Positions 12,565 through 26,160 of a DNA stretch of 64,000 nt are shown piece by piece. The DNA is from Lama guanicoe (lineage: Eukaryota). The stretch spans positions 19,150,711-19,214,710 of the forward strand of contig MU054187.1 of assembly GCA_013239625.1 (NCBI GenBank), in the 5' to 3' direction. The notes under the pieces are model-generated. The model worked only from the letters and a program-made list of their open reading frames with translations. It was not told where the DNA came from and searched no databases. A program made the position numbers and the translations under genes. Each line of letters starts with the position of its first letter. Position 1 is the first letter of the stretch.

Positions 12565-14400
12565 TTTATTTATTTATTTATTATTTTAAGAAATTGAAGT
12601 GTAGATGAGTTACAATGATGTGTTAGTTTCATGTGTACAGCGAAGTGATATATATATATACATTCCTTTTCAGATTCTTTTCCATTATAAGATATCAAAT
12701 ATAGCTCCCTGTGTTACACAGTAGATCCTTGTTGTTTATCTATTTTATATATATTAGTGTGTATCTGTTAATCCCAAACTCCTAATTTATCCCTCCCTCT
12801 CCCTTTTCCCTTGGTAACTGTAAGTTTGTTTTCCATGTCTGTGAGTCTGTTTCTGTTTCGTAAATAAATTCACTTGTATCATTTTTTTTAAGATTCCACA
12901 TATAAGTGATATCATGATATTTGTCTTTCTCTGTCTGACTTACTTCACTAAGCTTAAGTCTAGGTCCATCCATGTTGCTGCAAATGGCATTATTTCATTC
13001 CTTTTATGGCTGAGTAATACTTCATTAAATATATATATCCCATCTTCTTTATCCAATCCTCTGTCGATGGACACTTAGGTTGCTTCCATGTCTTGGCCAT
13101 TGTAAATAGTGCTGCGCTATGAATACTGGGGTGCATGTATTTTTTAGAATTAGAGTTTTCATCTTTTCTAAATATATGCCCAGGTGTGGTATTGCTGGAT
13201 CATACGGGAACTCTTATTTTTAGTTTCTGAAGGAATCTCCATACTATTCTCCATAGTGACTGCACCAACTTACATTCCCACCACCAGAGTAGGAAGATTC
13301 CTTTTTCTCCACACCCTCTCCAGCATTTATTATTTGTAGACTTATTGATGATGGCCATTCCGACCTGTGTGAGGTGATACTTCATTGTAGTTTTGATTTG
13401 CATTTCTGTAATAATTAGCGATGTTCAGCATCTTCTCATGTATCTGTTGGCCATCTGGATGTCTTCTTTGGAGAAATGTCTATTTAGGTCTTCTGCCCAT
13501 TTTTTTGATTGGATTGTTTGTTTTGGTTTTTTTTTTTTTGATATTGAACCGCGTGAGCTGTTTATGTATTTCAGAAATTAAGCCCTCGTCTGTCGTACTG
13601 TTTGCAAATATTTTCTCCTATTCTGTAAGTTGTTTTTTTCATTTTGTTTATGGTTTCCTTTGTTGTGCAAAAACTAGTAAGTTTAATTAGTCCCACTTTT
13701 ATTTTTGCTTTTATTTCTTTTGCCTTTGGAGACTCACCTAAGAAAACATTGCTAAGATTTTATGTCAGAGAATGTTATGCCTATGTTCTCTTCTAGGAGA
13801 TTCATGGAGTCCTGTCTTTTTAAAAAGTTTTTAAGCCATTTGGAGTTTCAGTTTTGAAACTGGTGTGAGGGAGTGTTCTAACCACACCGCAGACCCTTCA
13901 GGCTATCTCCGCACACCCAGACTGAGTCCTGTCCCCGGGTCTGTCTGCTGAAGCCCAAGTTTCAGCACCAGCGGCTGCACACATCAGCAGGTGCATGTCT
14001 CAAGCTGGGAAGTACAGCAAGGTCGTGGCGAGGACTGTCTGTGCTGGGCTTTCTCTGTCCTGCTGCCGCCGGACAGTAAGGTCTCCCCTGAGCCTCGGAG
14101 GCTCCCCATCTGTCCAGGCGGATCTCCCAGCCGGTGAAGGGGGTTCCCAGGGAGAGGGAACCTTTCCTGTTTCATAGCTGCCCGCCAGGGGCGCAGAACC
14201 CTTCCCGATTCCTTTTTTTGTTTGTTTCCCTTTTGTCCTACCCAGTTACATGGTGATCTTTCTTGCAGCTTTGGTTGTATGAGATCTTCTGCCAGCGTTC
14301 AGGAGGTCTTCTGTGAGAACCATTCCACATGTTGATGTATCTGTGGATGGAGGGGAGCTCCACGTCCTTCTACTCTGCCATCTTGATCTCTGCCCCGCCT
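12565..14400 (-). mobile_element. Internally deleted L1: 5'UTR (~13883-14400) joined to the ORF2 C-terminus and 3'UTR (~12565-13882)
   Basis: The ORF at 13200-13403 encodes the L1 ORF2 Cys-rich motif ([11 protein letters not shown]…[11 protein letters not shown]). The minus strand at 14400 begins like an L1 5'UTR (caagatggcagagtagaaggacgtggagctc). Confidence 0.8.
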
Positions 14401-15361
14401 CATGGCTTGCTTTTAAATTACAGCCCCATTATTTGCTTTATATATATATCACATGCATGATATGGAATTAAATTCACCAGAAAGTTGTCTTTTTTTGCTT
14501 TCGACTTGTATTCTCTAATGTAGAAACTTCCCTGTCTCCACACTGTTTTTTTCAGAATGGATAGGCTATTACAAACTCTTCACAGCTTGTTATTTCTGTA
14601 TTTATAGGAACACAACTTAAAAGTCATGTATAACACATGCATGGGATAAAAAGTACTTAATGGCCTCCTTCCCTCCAAAATTACAAAAAAACAAAAACCT
14701 CCCTATAAAATGGCAATGCTTCCTACATGACGGCATGTCACCGGCAAAGTCAGCAAAGCTGACGCAGTCTGGCACTAAGTCTTGTCGCCGTCACCCCGTC
14801 CTGCCACCAGGCTCCCTCCGGTCCCCTGGTCTCTGCACTTGCTACGTGCTTCTCGCTGTTGTATCCTCTTGCTTTGCTTTTTGCCTAGAGTGTCATTCTC
14901 CTCATTCGCCACTTTACAATCTGCTTCTCAGCCTTGAGCCTTGGTTCTAACATCATTTACTCCAAAGCCCACGAGGACTCCCCTAAGTAGTTAACTTTCC
15001 CCTTGCTGGGTTCCCGGAACACTTCTGAGCTCGTTCCTACAGAACTCAAAAGGCTGGACCGTGAATACTGGCAAACATGTTTGTTTCCCCTATTTGACAG
15101 GAACACCTCAGGTGGGGACCATGGGAAAGCGCCTGATGTAAAGCAGGTGACAGACGGAGCAGGCTTGCTTCCTGATCGGCCCCGGCCATCAGCCTGCTAG
15201 GTTGGGCTATTGTTCCGTTTTTGGAAAACAGGAGCAAGTTTACTCTCATGATCTATAAAAAAGGCAGGAGCCAAGTACACAGGCTAGGACATTTCTTTTT
15301 GTTTTTCCAGCTGACCCGGGCAGGGATCTCTCAGGACTCCCATTTAGAAGTAAGAGCTGAG

Positions 15362-15490
15362 GCGGGAGGGTATAGCTCAGTGGTAGAGTGTGTGCCTAGT
15401 ATGCACGAGGTCCTGGGTTCAATCCCCAGTACCTCCAAAAAACCAACTAAATAAACCTAATGACTTCCCCCTCCAAAACAAACAAAAAGA
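15362..15490 (+). mobile_element. tRNA-Ala-derived SINE (camelid vic-1-like)
   Basis: A box TAGCTCAGTGG, B box GGTTCAATCC, AT-rich tail; TSD aagagctgag at 15352-15361 and 15491-15500. Confidence 0.9.
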
Positions 15491-18279
15491 AAGAGCTGAG
15501 AGAGGAAAAATGCATGCTTGCTCAGGATTCTGCATGTAACTAGCCACGTGAAGGTGGGGCTTACTTTCCTTAGGGGGTGAACCAGAGGGCAATCCCACTT
15601 GCAGAGCAACAGCTGGGCAAGGAATCCAGTGCCCTCAGGCAACTGGGAACCCCCTGAAAAACACACTCTATGTTATACATCCAACGTACTAGGACACTGA
15701 GGTTAGAACATCATCTCCTGGAAGATCCGCACCCGGAAAGGAAGGGCAGGGAAACAACGTGGGGCTTTGCTGACAAGAACCCTCCCACGGTTGTTGGGGA
15801 TGAATGAAAGTATCTGGAGATGTACTTCCATATTGTTGTACTCAGGCTAAAAATAATCATCCCCAAAATGTTAGTACACATATGCCACATAAATCAATTT
15901 TTAATAAAGGAAGTTTCTACTGCTTTGACTGATACACGTAAAAACATTTTATTGTAAATTTCTCTGAAATGTGTTAGTTGCTTTCTTGCTTCTCTATTGA
16001 GCACAACAAACTTTTCTTGATAGTACAATGTCATGAAATGGTTATTAAACTGTAACAGAGAGAGATGTGCCCCCAGGGACTCCTTGCCACCATATTAAAT
16101 GGACCCAGAGTTTTAAAACTTCTCATTTGATATGCTCACTGGCACAGTGTTTTAAATATCGATTCCATATACTCGGTCAACATCAGTTTCATGCTTGCTG
16201 CTCTTAGGACATTGTTAATGTGAACAGATGTAATCTCTTCTGCTAATTCCCAACTTTTAAGTTGCTGCGGGCCAAGAAATTACATAACCACTTTTGTTGG
16301 GACTGAGTGTTAAGAGTGAATATGGCAACAGGTTCGTGTTTCCCATTGGACTAAGTACTCCTAGAAAATAAAAAATAATCATTGCTACTTTTGTGTCCGC
16401 AAAGTGCCTCGCATGGGGTTTTGTATGCCACAGCAATAAGTAAATGTTTTCCGATTTGAATTATACAAGTGTGAATTGTATTTTTACATCTATTTCAGCT
16501 CCTCAAGTGTTGTTAGCTTACATTTTTGTTTTAAGATCGGTCACCAAGAATAGAGTTTGCCAGATAAGTGATCCCCCTATGAATGGTATCACTCTTGGGG
16601 TCTGGAAGGACATGCAATGCAACGTGAAAGATGAATGGAATTCTAGATGATTATTAGCTCCGTCTTTCTTCTTATGGGGACTTCTGAGTTATCAGGACAA
16701 GTACTGCTTCTATGATATGAAAAAGCTACATAAAACCAAGGTTATTTTAGCAGTTTTGTGGAAAACAGACTTTAATGAGGAGGCAATGGGAGCAAAAAGT
16801 AAGCAATGAGGATACTATAGTAGGCTATACTATAGGACACAAGAATGAGGAAAGTAATTATTAGGGAAGAAAAAAGTGGTAGAAAAAAATAAAAATAAAT
16901 AAATATGACTTGGTAGTAAATGAGATACAGAGAAGGAAGGTGATAGAGGAAAGTCAACATTATGTTTATACAATGGCATGCTTGTTCTTTCATTTTCTAT
17001 GTATTTAAACATGTATGGAGCACCTGCTCCTACTCCAGTATTTTCATTGGATACTGGTACTACTTGCTAATGGAGGAAATCAGAATAAATGGGTGTTTTG
17101 GGGAGGAAGGGGAGACAATGATGAAGGCTTGAAAGTCACTGGGAAACAAGATGAGTATCGGAGTTTGACATGGGCAAACAGAAGACTAAATAAAGAATGA
17201 GTCATAATGGAACATATCAACATGAAAATTGACCAACACATGGCAGGTAAGATAAAAAAAAAAACAGGGGAAATCACAACGAAAGGATTCAAAGTCATTT
17301 ATTAAGCCATCTTGAAATAGCCATTTAACCTCTGGCCATGGTTGCCTCATGACTAAATGACCGTATGTGAAATGACTCTAGAGAGTGCAAGCACTGTAAG
17401 AACCCGAGACACAGTCAATGTTCTGCTGTCACCAAACCCAAGGGGACAAAAAGGGGCAAAAACATTCATTTCCCAATACACATTTACTTTAAACAGTAAA
17501 GTCTTCTCTCCCAAGTGATATGCTCCAAGTCCTATATTCTCTATTTCTACTTCCCAGTACCTTCCTGTCAACACTGCCAACTTTTTAAAAAAGAAACGCC
17601 AAACTACTGAGCAAAGGAAAGATGAGAGGGGCTGCCTGAACAGAGCTCTCCTCTGCAACTCACTGGGTGCTGCACAGCAAGAGAGCCATTAGAGAAACTT
17701 TACCTAACTTCGATGTTGGTATCATAGTCTGAAAAACTAATCTTAAAACAAGGCTTTGAAACAGCAACACTGAAATGGAATTTCTTTACATAGATACAAT
17801 TCGATTCCACTTCTCTTCTTAGTAAACTAAAAGCATGAATATCACTTGCTACTTGATCCTGGCCAACAAAGCTTAAGTTTAAAATTCTACTCTCTTTGCT
17901 TAGAACAACAAGAGAAAAAAAAAAGGTGGAGGGCAGTGGGGAGAATAGGAGTCAGCAAATATGAGATTACACTGGCTTTGCAACTTAGCAAATTATTAAC
18001 CAGTGCCAGGTTTCCACATTTGTAAAATTAAAACTGTAATATTAACTTTATGCTTTCACCATCCTTGCAGTGGTCATTTCATATTGTTATTATTTATTTG
18101 TCTGTTTCTCCCACTAAATGGAATGTTCCTTGAGGACTACATCATTCTTGTTCTACAGTATAATCTCTGCACTCAGCAAAGTGGCTGGTACAGGGTAGCC
18201 ATGAAATGAACGCAATGTTTGGATATTCCCAGATAAAAGTAATGGCAGAGAAAATTTATTCAGTTACTAATCTACTTAA

Positions 18280-20975
18280 TTGCGTCTTTTGATGGTCATA
18301 CATACTTCAATCTGATAAAGTCTAATTCATCAATTATTTTTTCTTTTATAGTTAGTGTCTTCTTGTCTAAAACATCTTTGGCTATCCTAACATTGCAAAG
18401 ATTTTTCTCCTCTGTTTTCTTCAAGAAGATTTATAAGTTTTAGGTTTTATATTTATACCTATGATCCATTTTGAATTAATTTTTGTGTATGGTGTATGGT
18501 AGGGGTAGAGGTTTTTTTCTTTTCTTTCTATATGGATAATCTTTGTAGGACCATTCGCTGAAAAGACTTTTCCATTTAATTTCTTTGGTGCCTTTGTTGA
18601 ACCATCTGTGTGTAGGTCTACTTTTTGTTTCTCTGCTTCTGTTGCAGGAATCTACCTTTCTGTCTGTAGCGCCAGCAGCACGCTGTCTGGATAACTGCCA
18701 CCTATAGTTAAGTCCTGAAATCAAGCAGAGAAAGTCTTCCAATTGTGTTCTTATTTTCGTATTGTAGTTATTTTGCATTTCCATAGACAATTTCTATTAG
18801 CTTGTGAATTTCTACAGAGAGTCCCATAGAGATTTTCATTGGGATGGTGTTAAACCTATACAACAATTTGTGGAGAACTGACATCCTAACCATATTGAGT
18901 TTTCAAATAAACACGGTTTATCAATTAACCTACTTAGGTCTTCTTTACTTACTCCCGTCAATGTCTAATAGACTTCACACTTTTTTTTAACACATTTTCA
19001 TTAATTTTATCCCGGAGTATTTAGTTTTTGATGCCGCTGTAAACATTTCTTTAATTCCTTTTTTTTGAATGTAGTACATACAACCGATTTTTGTCAACTG
19101 ACCTTGTACACTGCAACCTTGCTAAGTGCACTGATCACTTCTAGCAGTTGTGCTGTTCCTTAGGAGTATCTCTGTAGACGATCATATTATCTGCACATAG
19201 AGGCAGTTTTACTTTCTTTTTTTCTAATCTTTATGCCTTCACTTACTTTTCTTGCCTTATCACACTGGCAAAACATCAACCACAATGTTAAATAAAGGGG
19301 TTAGAGCACACATCCTTGTCTTGCTCCTGATACTGGTGGAAGAAATGACCTTTTGCTACTAAGTGCGATGTCAGTTACAGGTTTCTCACATATGCACTTT
19401 GTCAGTTTGAGAATTCCCATCCTACTTCTCATCTGTGGAGAGGTTTCCTTTTTTTTAAATCATGAATAGGTGTTAAACTTTGTTTTCTCTGCATCTATTG
19501 AGATGATCACGTGGCTTTTCCCTTTCAACGTTAACTAATATAGTTAATCATACCAAATTATTTTCAAGTATTTAACCAAAATTACATTCCTGGAAGGAAA
19601 AAAAGAGAGAAATTTTGGTTATAATGTATTATCCATTTTTACACAACTAGATCTGATTTGCTAATATCTTCTTTAGTATTTTTTGTGTCTATGTACATAT
19701 GAAAGTCTGTAACATTCTTTATTTGTAATGTCATTATATGGTTTTTGTACCAGGGCTATGTGGGCCCCATAACATTTATTGGGGAGATTTCCTCTTTTTT
19801 GATAAAGATTTTTGTAGGATTAGTGTTACATCTGTCTTCCTTAAGGATCTGATAGATTTCACTGGGGAAGCATCCAGGCCTGGAGGTTTCCATGTGCAAA
19901 AGTTCTCAATTATAAATTCCATTCCTTTAACAGATAGTAGGTTATTCAAACATCCTGTTACTTCTAGCAGTCAGTTTTGTTAATTATATGTTTTTCAAGG
20001 GATTTGCCCATTTCAGCCAAGTTGTCAAGTGCACTGGCATAAAGTTCTCTATTAACATAAAGTAATATGTCCTAAGTATCCTTTTTTAAAATTATCCTAA
20101 TTATCTGTAGATCTGTAGTGACATCCTCTTTCATTCTGAATATTGGTGATCTGTGCTTTCTTTCTCTTTTTAAAATCAGTATAGCTAGGAGTTAATCAAT
20201 TTGATCTTCTAAAAAAAAATCAGCTTTTGGTTCCACAGATTTTCTCTATTGTTTACTATTTTTTATTTCATTGATTTCCCATCATATCTTTTTTATTCCC
20301 TTCCTCTTTTTTTTCTAGCTTCTTTGGATGGAAGATTAAATCACCGAGTCAAAGGTATACATTTCCCCCTAAGCAGTGATTTAACTTCCACAAACTCTAA
20401 TAGGATGCATTTTAATTTTCAATTAAAGCTCTTTTCTAATTGCCATTGTGATTTCTTCTTTCTTCCAAGTGATTATTTAGAAGAATACTAATTGATTTTC
20501 AGATATTTGGGGATTTTCTAGTTACCTTTTTAAACTGATTTTTAAATTTAATTCCATTGTGGTCAAAGAATATACTCTGTTTGATTTCAATCCTTTGAAA
20601 TTCACTGAGACTTAGCTCCCCCCTCTCCAGTATATAGTGTATCTCCATAAATATTTATTATACAATTAAAAGGAGTATTTATTTTTCAATTATTCAGTGT
20701 AGTGTTCTAGAAATGTTAACTAGGTTAAGTTGGTTGACAATATTGTTCAAGTAGTCCATATTCTTATATTTTTTGCTACCAACCATCAATAATTGAGAGA
20801 GTAATTGCAATATTCAGCTATAATTGTAGATTTGTCTATTTCTCCCTTTGGTTCTGTAGGCTTTTGCTTCATACATTTTGAGGCTGCATTATATATGTAT
20901 AAATAGTTTGGATTTTACGTTTTCTTAATAAATTGACTCCTTTAACACTCTGAGGTGCTGTTCTTTATCTCTGAT
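18280..20975 (-). mobile_element. Old L1 ORF2 fragment (~2.7 kb, degenerate)
   Basis: T-rich plus strand with typical antisense L1 ORF2 phrases (catccttgtcttgctcctga, ctgcatctattgagatgatca, tttgtctatttctccc). Confidence 0.82.
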
Positions 20976-23129
20976 CACAGAGTTTAGGTTCTAGGGCTAG
21001 AAAGTGGTCTGGATAGGGAAGCCGTTTTCCTTTCGAAGACGGATAAATTTCCTTTGCTGAAGTAAAATGATAACACGTAAGACCAGGTTTACAGGCTCGA
21101 GAAGCCACTACTTTGCGTGGGAGGGACTCTCTCAAGGCAGGGCAGGGTTCTCCCCTGTCTTGTCTCCTCCGTGACCCACTGTTGGCGCAGGGTGCTAGGA
21201 ACTACCCTAAGCTACGGATAATGATAGTAGAAAAAAGGGTGCTGGGGTCACAGCTGCAGGTCTGCTGCCCGAGGCTCGCGCCCCAGCCATCCTGATCTAC
21301 TACAGCTTCACTTGCTCATAACTCTGACTTGGGTCACGCGTCCCCTCCGGAGGCCAACAGTACCAGCTGCGTATGAATGATGTTTGTTAAGTACATTTTT
21401 TCCCTCCTTTTTCCTTAATGTAGCTCTTTTGATTTTGTGTTTTTGAATACATTATTCGCAGGGGCCCTCATCTCTGCACTGTGTCCTCGGGGATAAGTCA
21501 GCAGCTCCAGGTCTGCAGAGCAGGGATGATTTTACCCTAAAGAACAACTTTGACTTACCTCTCAACTGGACGAATGGAAATGAGCCCTGAACAGGAATGT
21601 GACCCAAAGAGGTTACAAAAGGTCTCAGTTGGCAAAAAGGCCTGAGTGAAAACAGAGTCAGGCTTGTGTGTTTGTGTGTGTGTGTGTGTGTGTAAGCATA
21701 CACACTCTTGCATGTATAAAAATCTCAAGACAGTGTTAGGTAAGCAAGATTTTAAGAATGAGACCTCTGTACTCCTCTCCTGCTGCCGGGGATGTATACT
21801 TGGAACAAAATTAGAATCCTTAACCTTTCAAAGCTCTGTACTTCTGTGCGGCTTCCAGATGGTCCTCTAAACAAGAGCTTCCTTGTGGTTCCAGGGCCAG
21901 TGTCCCCTGCTGCAGGGGTAATAAGAGTGTCCGGGTAACTAATGGAGAAATGGGGACTCTACTGACAATGTGTGAGAGCAACACAAAACTACCTCGCTGA
22001 GCACCGTGCGCTGAAATACAGCACATGTAACAGAACACAGCGGGTGAGGTGTATGATCCTGGGTCCTGTCCTCCCAGATCATCCTCCCTCTAGTTTTCGG
22101 CTTTATCCAAGCTTTGGAGGACTTCACAAGTTGCTGGCTGGGTGCCTGCTATGTGATCTAGTTTGTGTAAATATAACGTGTGGGTCTTTCTCATGTTGTT
22201 TTGGGGTGTTTACTGTTTCTGCATTTCTTTTTGTATTGAAAGAAAAATAACCAAAGCATTTTTTTGGACCAAAAGAGTCTGCACCAGGCAAGAGGATCTT
22301 AAGCTCAGTGCCACTCTGCACAAAGCGGGAGTTCCTTACCCACTCCCTCATCCTGCTCCTTCCCTTACTTCCTATGTTGGACAAGATCTTCCGTCCTGAA
22401 AACTTGATTCCGTCCCACCTTTAGCCAAAACAAGCAACAAGACACATACACAGATTTAATTCTTGGGATGACTCTAAATCCTAGAAGACTTGTGTAAAAC
22501 CTGAATGAACTAGGAGCTCTCTAGACCTCATTTCCAACCTGTATCCCTAGGGTTGAGGTTGTGATCACGTCAAACACTGACACTGCCATCTTTGTGTGGA
22601 CCAAGTATGTGTATGAGCCTCAAATCCTAAGAGAAAAATAAGGGCTGGGCAGCAGGGGGAGGGGCTTCTACAGATCAACTCAGGAGTGGGAGACTGAGAA
22701 AGGAAAGAACGTCTATCCAATGCACTCAGGGACTCTTCCGCTGATGTCACAGTGGACACAAGATTATCTAACAGGATGTAGACTGGATGTTAATTCAACT
22801 CCATGTTGACAGCCAGAGAGCAAAGTTGTAACTGGAATTTACAAGAAGGGAGAGAATACAGGCGGGAAATGAGACCTGTCTGTGTCCTTCCTCCGATTCC
22901 TTTCCCCTTTTTCCTGAACTGCAGGAGACCGGACTCCCTGGGGCCGTGGTGACCTCATCTTTGGGGCACATTCGTTAGACAGTTGATTTGGCTGTCCTGG
23001 ATTCTTCCTCCCTCCTCTGGCTGTTTTCTAACACATGTTAACCCTCCTCTTCCTCCTGCCTCCTTTTCTTCCTGAAAAAGCACAATGAATGTATGGAGAC
23101 TTACTGGTCCTGAAAAATAAAGTGTAACA

Positions 23130-23335
23130 ACACTAATACAGCCGCATGCAAAGGAGTATGGAGGGGTGACTGCTCATGGGGACAGGGTTTCTTTTAGAGG
23201 GTGACAAAAATGCTCCAAAATTAGATTATGGTGATGGCTATACAACTCTGTGAACATACTAACAAACACTGACTTGCGTGCTATAAAAGGGAGTGTTACG
23301 TGGTACATTATGTGAATTATACCATAATAAAGCTG
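23130..23335 (+). mobile_element. L1MB-like 3' end
   Basis: gggtttctttt…ggtgatggctatacaactctgtgaacatacta…aataaagct. Confidence 0.7.
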
Positions 23336-24532
23336 CTGAGACAGAGAAACAGAGTCGGAGCATTACATTTGAAGTGTCCCAGGGCTCAGTCCTAGGCACG
23401 CGCCCTTCTCTACCTACACTGCTTCCTGGGTGCTCCCACCCAGTCCCCCTACCTGAAGTACTGTCCATGTGCCCAGGACTTCTGATTTCTGTCTCCAGTT
23501 CCGTCTTCTCCACTGACCTCCAGACAACTTGACATCTCCATACAGGGGTCCAACAGGCATCTCAAACTTGACATAGTTAAGACAGAACTCTTGATCCCTC
23601 CTCTCCAACAGAAATCTTTTATTCCTCCATGCATTCTTGTTTCAGCAACGCACAACCATCCACAAAGCTTACTGTCTGTCTCTCTAACTAGAGTGTGAGC
23701 GGGAGCCCGTCCCAAGTCTTTTCTCTCCTGTGTCCTTGGAGCTGACAAAGAGTGGGAGCTGAGTGAATAGTTGTTGAATGAAACCACCACAGGATTGAAT
23801 GAAATTGTGACCCCAGCCCCCCCCCCCCCCCCAATTTTAAACAATCAAACCCTTAACTTGTCACGGAATTTGGAGGTATCTCAATTTTAACACATAAAGA
23901 TAGGTATAGTTTACTGACAATGAAAAGTACATTGTTTCTATTACAGTTTTTAAAGTAAAAATAATTTTCTCAAATCACCTCTGCTAGATTGCAAGAAAAA
24001 TTCAAGTGACAAAAATCAATACAGGGAGTTGAGAGAAAGACCTATTTGAATAGAAATCTCCTTTAGATGAAGAATAAAGAGCTGGAAAAAAAATTGCGGT
24101 CACCAACAGATGGCTAAGAGCACATTTTTAGAACCCTTTAAACACCTACCAGACGCTCACGTACTGGAAATGCAAACAGCAGGCCCTGCTCCCCTTCCAT
24201 AAATCCTACCTTGGGTCATTCCAAACCTTCCAGCGGCTCCTCCCTTATTGTCAACCACCTCTTTCCCACGCTAAGATGCTATCGTGCTCAGCACTCATGT
24301 AGGGTCAGGGGGCCATTTTCCTCCCTTTTCTGAGATAATTTTTACTACAAGTAATATTTGATGAAAAAGACTTTTTCCTTTAGATATTCTTCCCGTATTC
24401 ATTTTTGTAAGTTCTAAGATCTTTATTCTAATATTGCTACTACTTTTCTAACATTTCATTAAACCAGTTTTGTGTTGTACGTGAACCTGCTAATTGAAAA
24501 CATTGTCAAAAGCTTACATTTAAAAAATATTA

Positions 24533-24587
24533 CTTATGACACATTGTAAAATGATTATAAATCAATAAAAAATGTTAAAAAAACATG
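24533..24587 (+). mobile_element. Extremely truncated (~55 bp) L1 tail insertion
   Basis: acattgtaaa…tcaataaaa plus an A tail, like the L1 end at 49535-49570; TSD aaaaatatta at 24523-24532 and 24588-24597. Confidence 0.6.
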
Positions 24588-25974
24588 AAAAATATTAAAC
24601 TCGGGATCCTAACCCAAATTAATAGATATTAGTGAGGTTTGTTCTTCAGCAAGCACTTTTCACTGACTTGTAAAACATCATGTTGAAACTACATGAAAGT
24701 GTTTATGACAAACCATGAAAATTATATTTCACATTGTTTTAATTTAAAATTTACTCCAAAACAAAGCCATTCTCTTCTTAAATTTCCACTGTTGCTTAGG
24801 TAACAATTTCAATTATTTTTTAAATCTGTTGGTCCCTAATGTTTTTTGAAATGTTTGATAAATATGTCATTTGGTGAAAAATTACCTTATATAAATATAT
24901 ATGTATATATAAATTTTTTTTCCAGAAACTGCCCCATTCTCTGGGGCTTCTTTTCCACCTTCCAAGATTGCCAAGTTAGCTATGAGAGCCCTTTATAAAT
25001 TATAATGCATTAAATGTTGAATAATACTGAAATAAATATTGAACAATATCCAGTAAAGGAACTGAGCGTTCACAAATGCTTACCCCTTTTATTTGCAGTT
25101 TTCATACTGCTGTTGACAGAACACATGTCAATCCTAGTGAACTTATATGTTCTTTACGTTTAAACTATTCTGATATTTTCAATCTTTCTTCTCTTTGAAG
25201 GTGGAAAACATATCATTAAATACACCTGCCTGGAACTGAGCGCCTCGTGATTTTCTGCTCCCTGGCAGCTTTGAATTCTGTCATGACAGCACCACTCATC
25301 TTTCCTGTCTCCCCCAGTGGACTCGTCACGGGGCCTGGTTTACCAAGAGAAGTAGTGTTTTCTACCAACTTTTAAACTTCACACACAAGCGTGGTATTCA
25401 CAGATATACAAGTGAAATTCAACACATAAAATACTCCTTTTTTTTTTTAGAACTTTGATACTGAAGACATTAGTGGCTTTATGAGGAAAATATTTCAAAG
25501 CTTGCATGACCCACTAACAATGTTTTAACCCTTCTCCCTGTGTGTGTGACAATTTCTTTCTTTAATAATGCAGTTTTAGTTACTTATCTCAAGTATAAGT
25601 CACTTATCCATGGATTTCCCATTTAGAAAAATAATTATATCCCAGTATTTCCCAAAATGTATCCTAAGGGAAAGAGGTGGAAAAAAACGCTCTGTAGTCC
25701 AATAAATATGTGCATGCCACAGTCCATAGGCACCTCCGCAGAAGCTCAAAATGGCCCTTGGCGTCCCTGCTCAGTACCTTCTTCATAGGCATACGGGTGT
25801 TGTACTCCTCTTTCACTTTCCTCTACGTTTAAAACACTTTATAACAAAAAAATTCTGTCTTTTTAACTGGTATTTCTCCAAGCTGTTCAACCACAGAGTC
25901 CTCTTCTCCCCATCTACCCGAAGAACAAAGAGTGACTTCTTTTTGGGGGGAGGAGGGGTTTGCATGCTCAGCCA

Positions 25975-26160
25975 TTTATTTGTTTGTTTGTTTGTTTGTT
26001 TGACATGTAGTTGATTTACAGGGTTGTGCTGATTTCTGGTGCATAGCATAGTGATTCGCTTATACATACATAGATATATATTCTTTTTCATTATAGGTTA
26101 TGTTACAAGTTACTGAGTATAGTTCCCTGTGTTATACAGTATGGACCTTGTTGTTTATCT
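25975..26160 (-). mobile_element. L1 3' end fragment
   Basis: Similar to the L1 3'UTRs at 1750-1920 and 12590-12740; (TTTG)n tail. Confidence 0.8.

Noticed and set aside
15362..15437. Apparent tRNA-Ala gene (and similar copies elsewhere)
   Set aside because: It has mismatched stems, a SINE tail and TSDs, and there are many diverged copies. These are SINEs, not tRNA genes.
16140..16264. 125-nt open segment with AG/GT ends on the minus strand (QLKSWELAEEITSV…)
   Set aside because: The donor context is weak, there is no recognisable homology, and such segments are expected by chance in a 35-kb intron.
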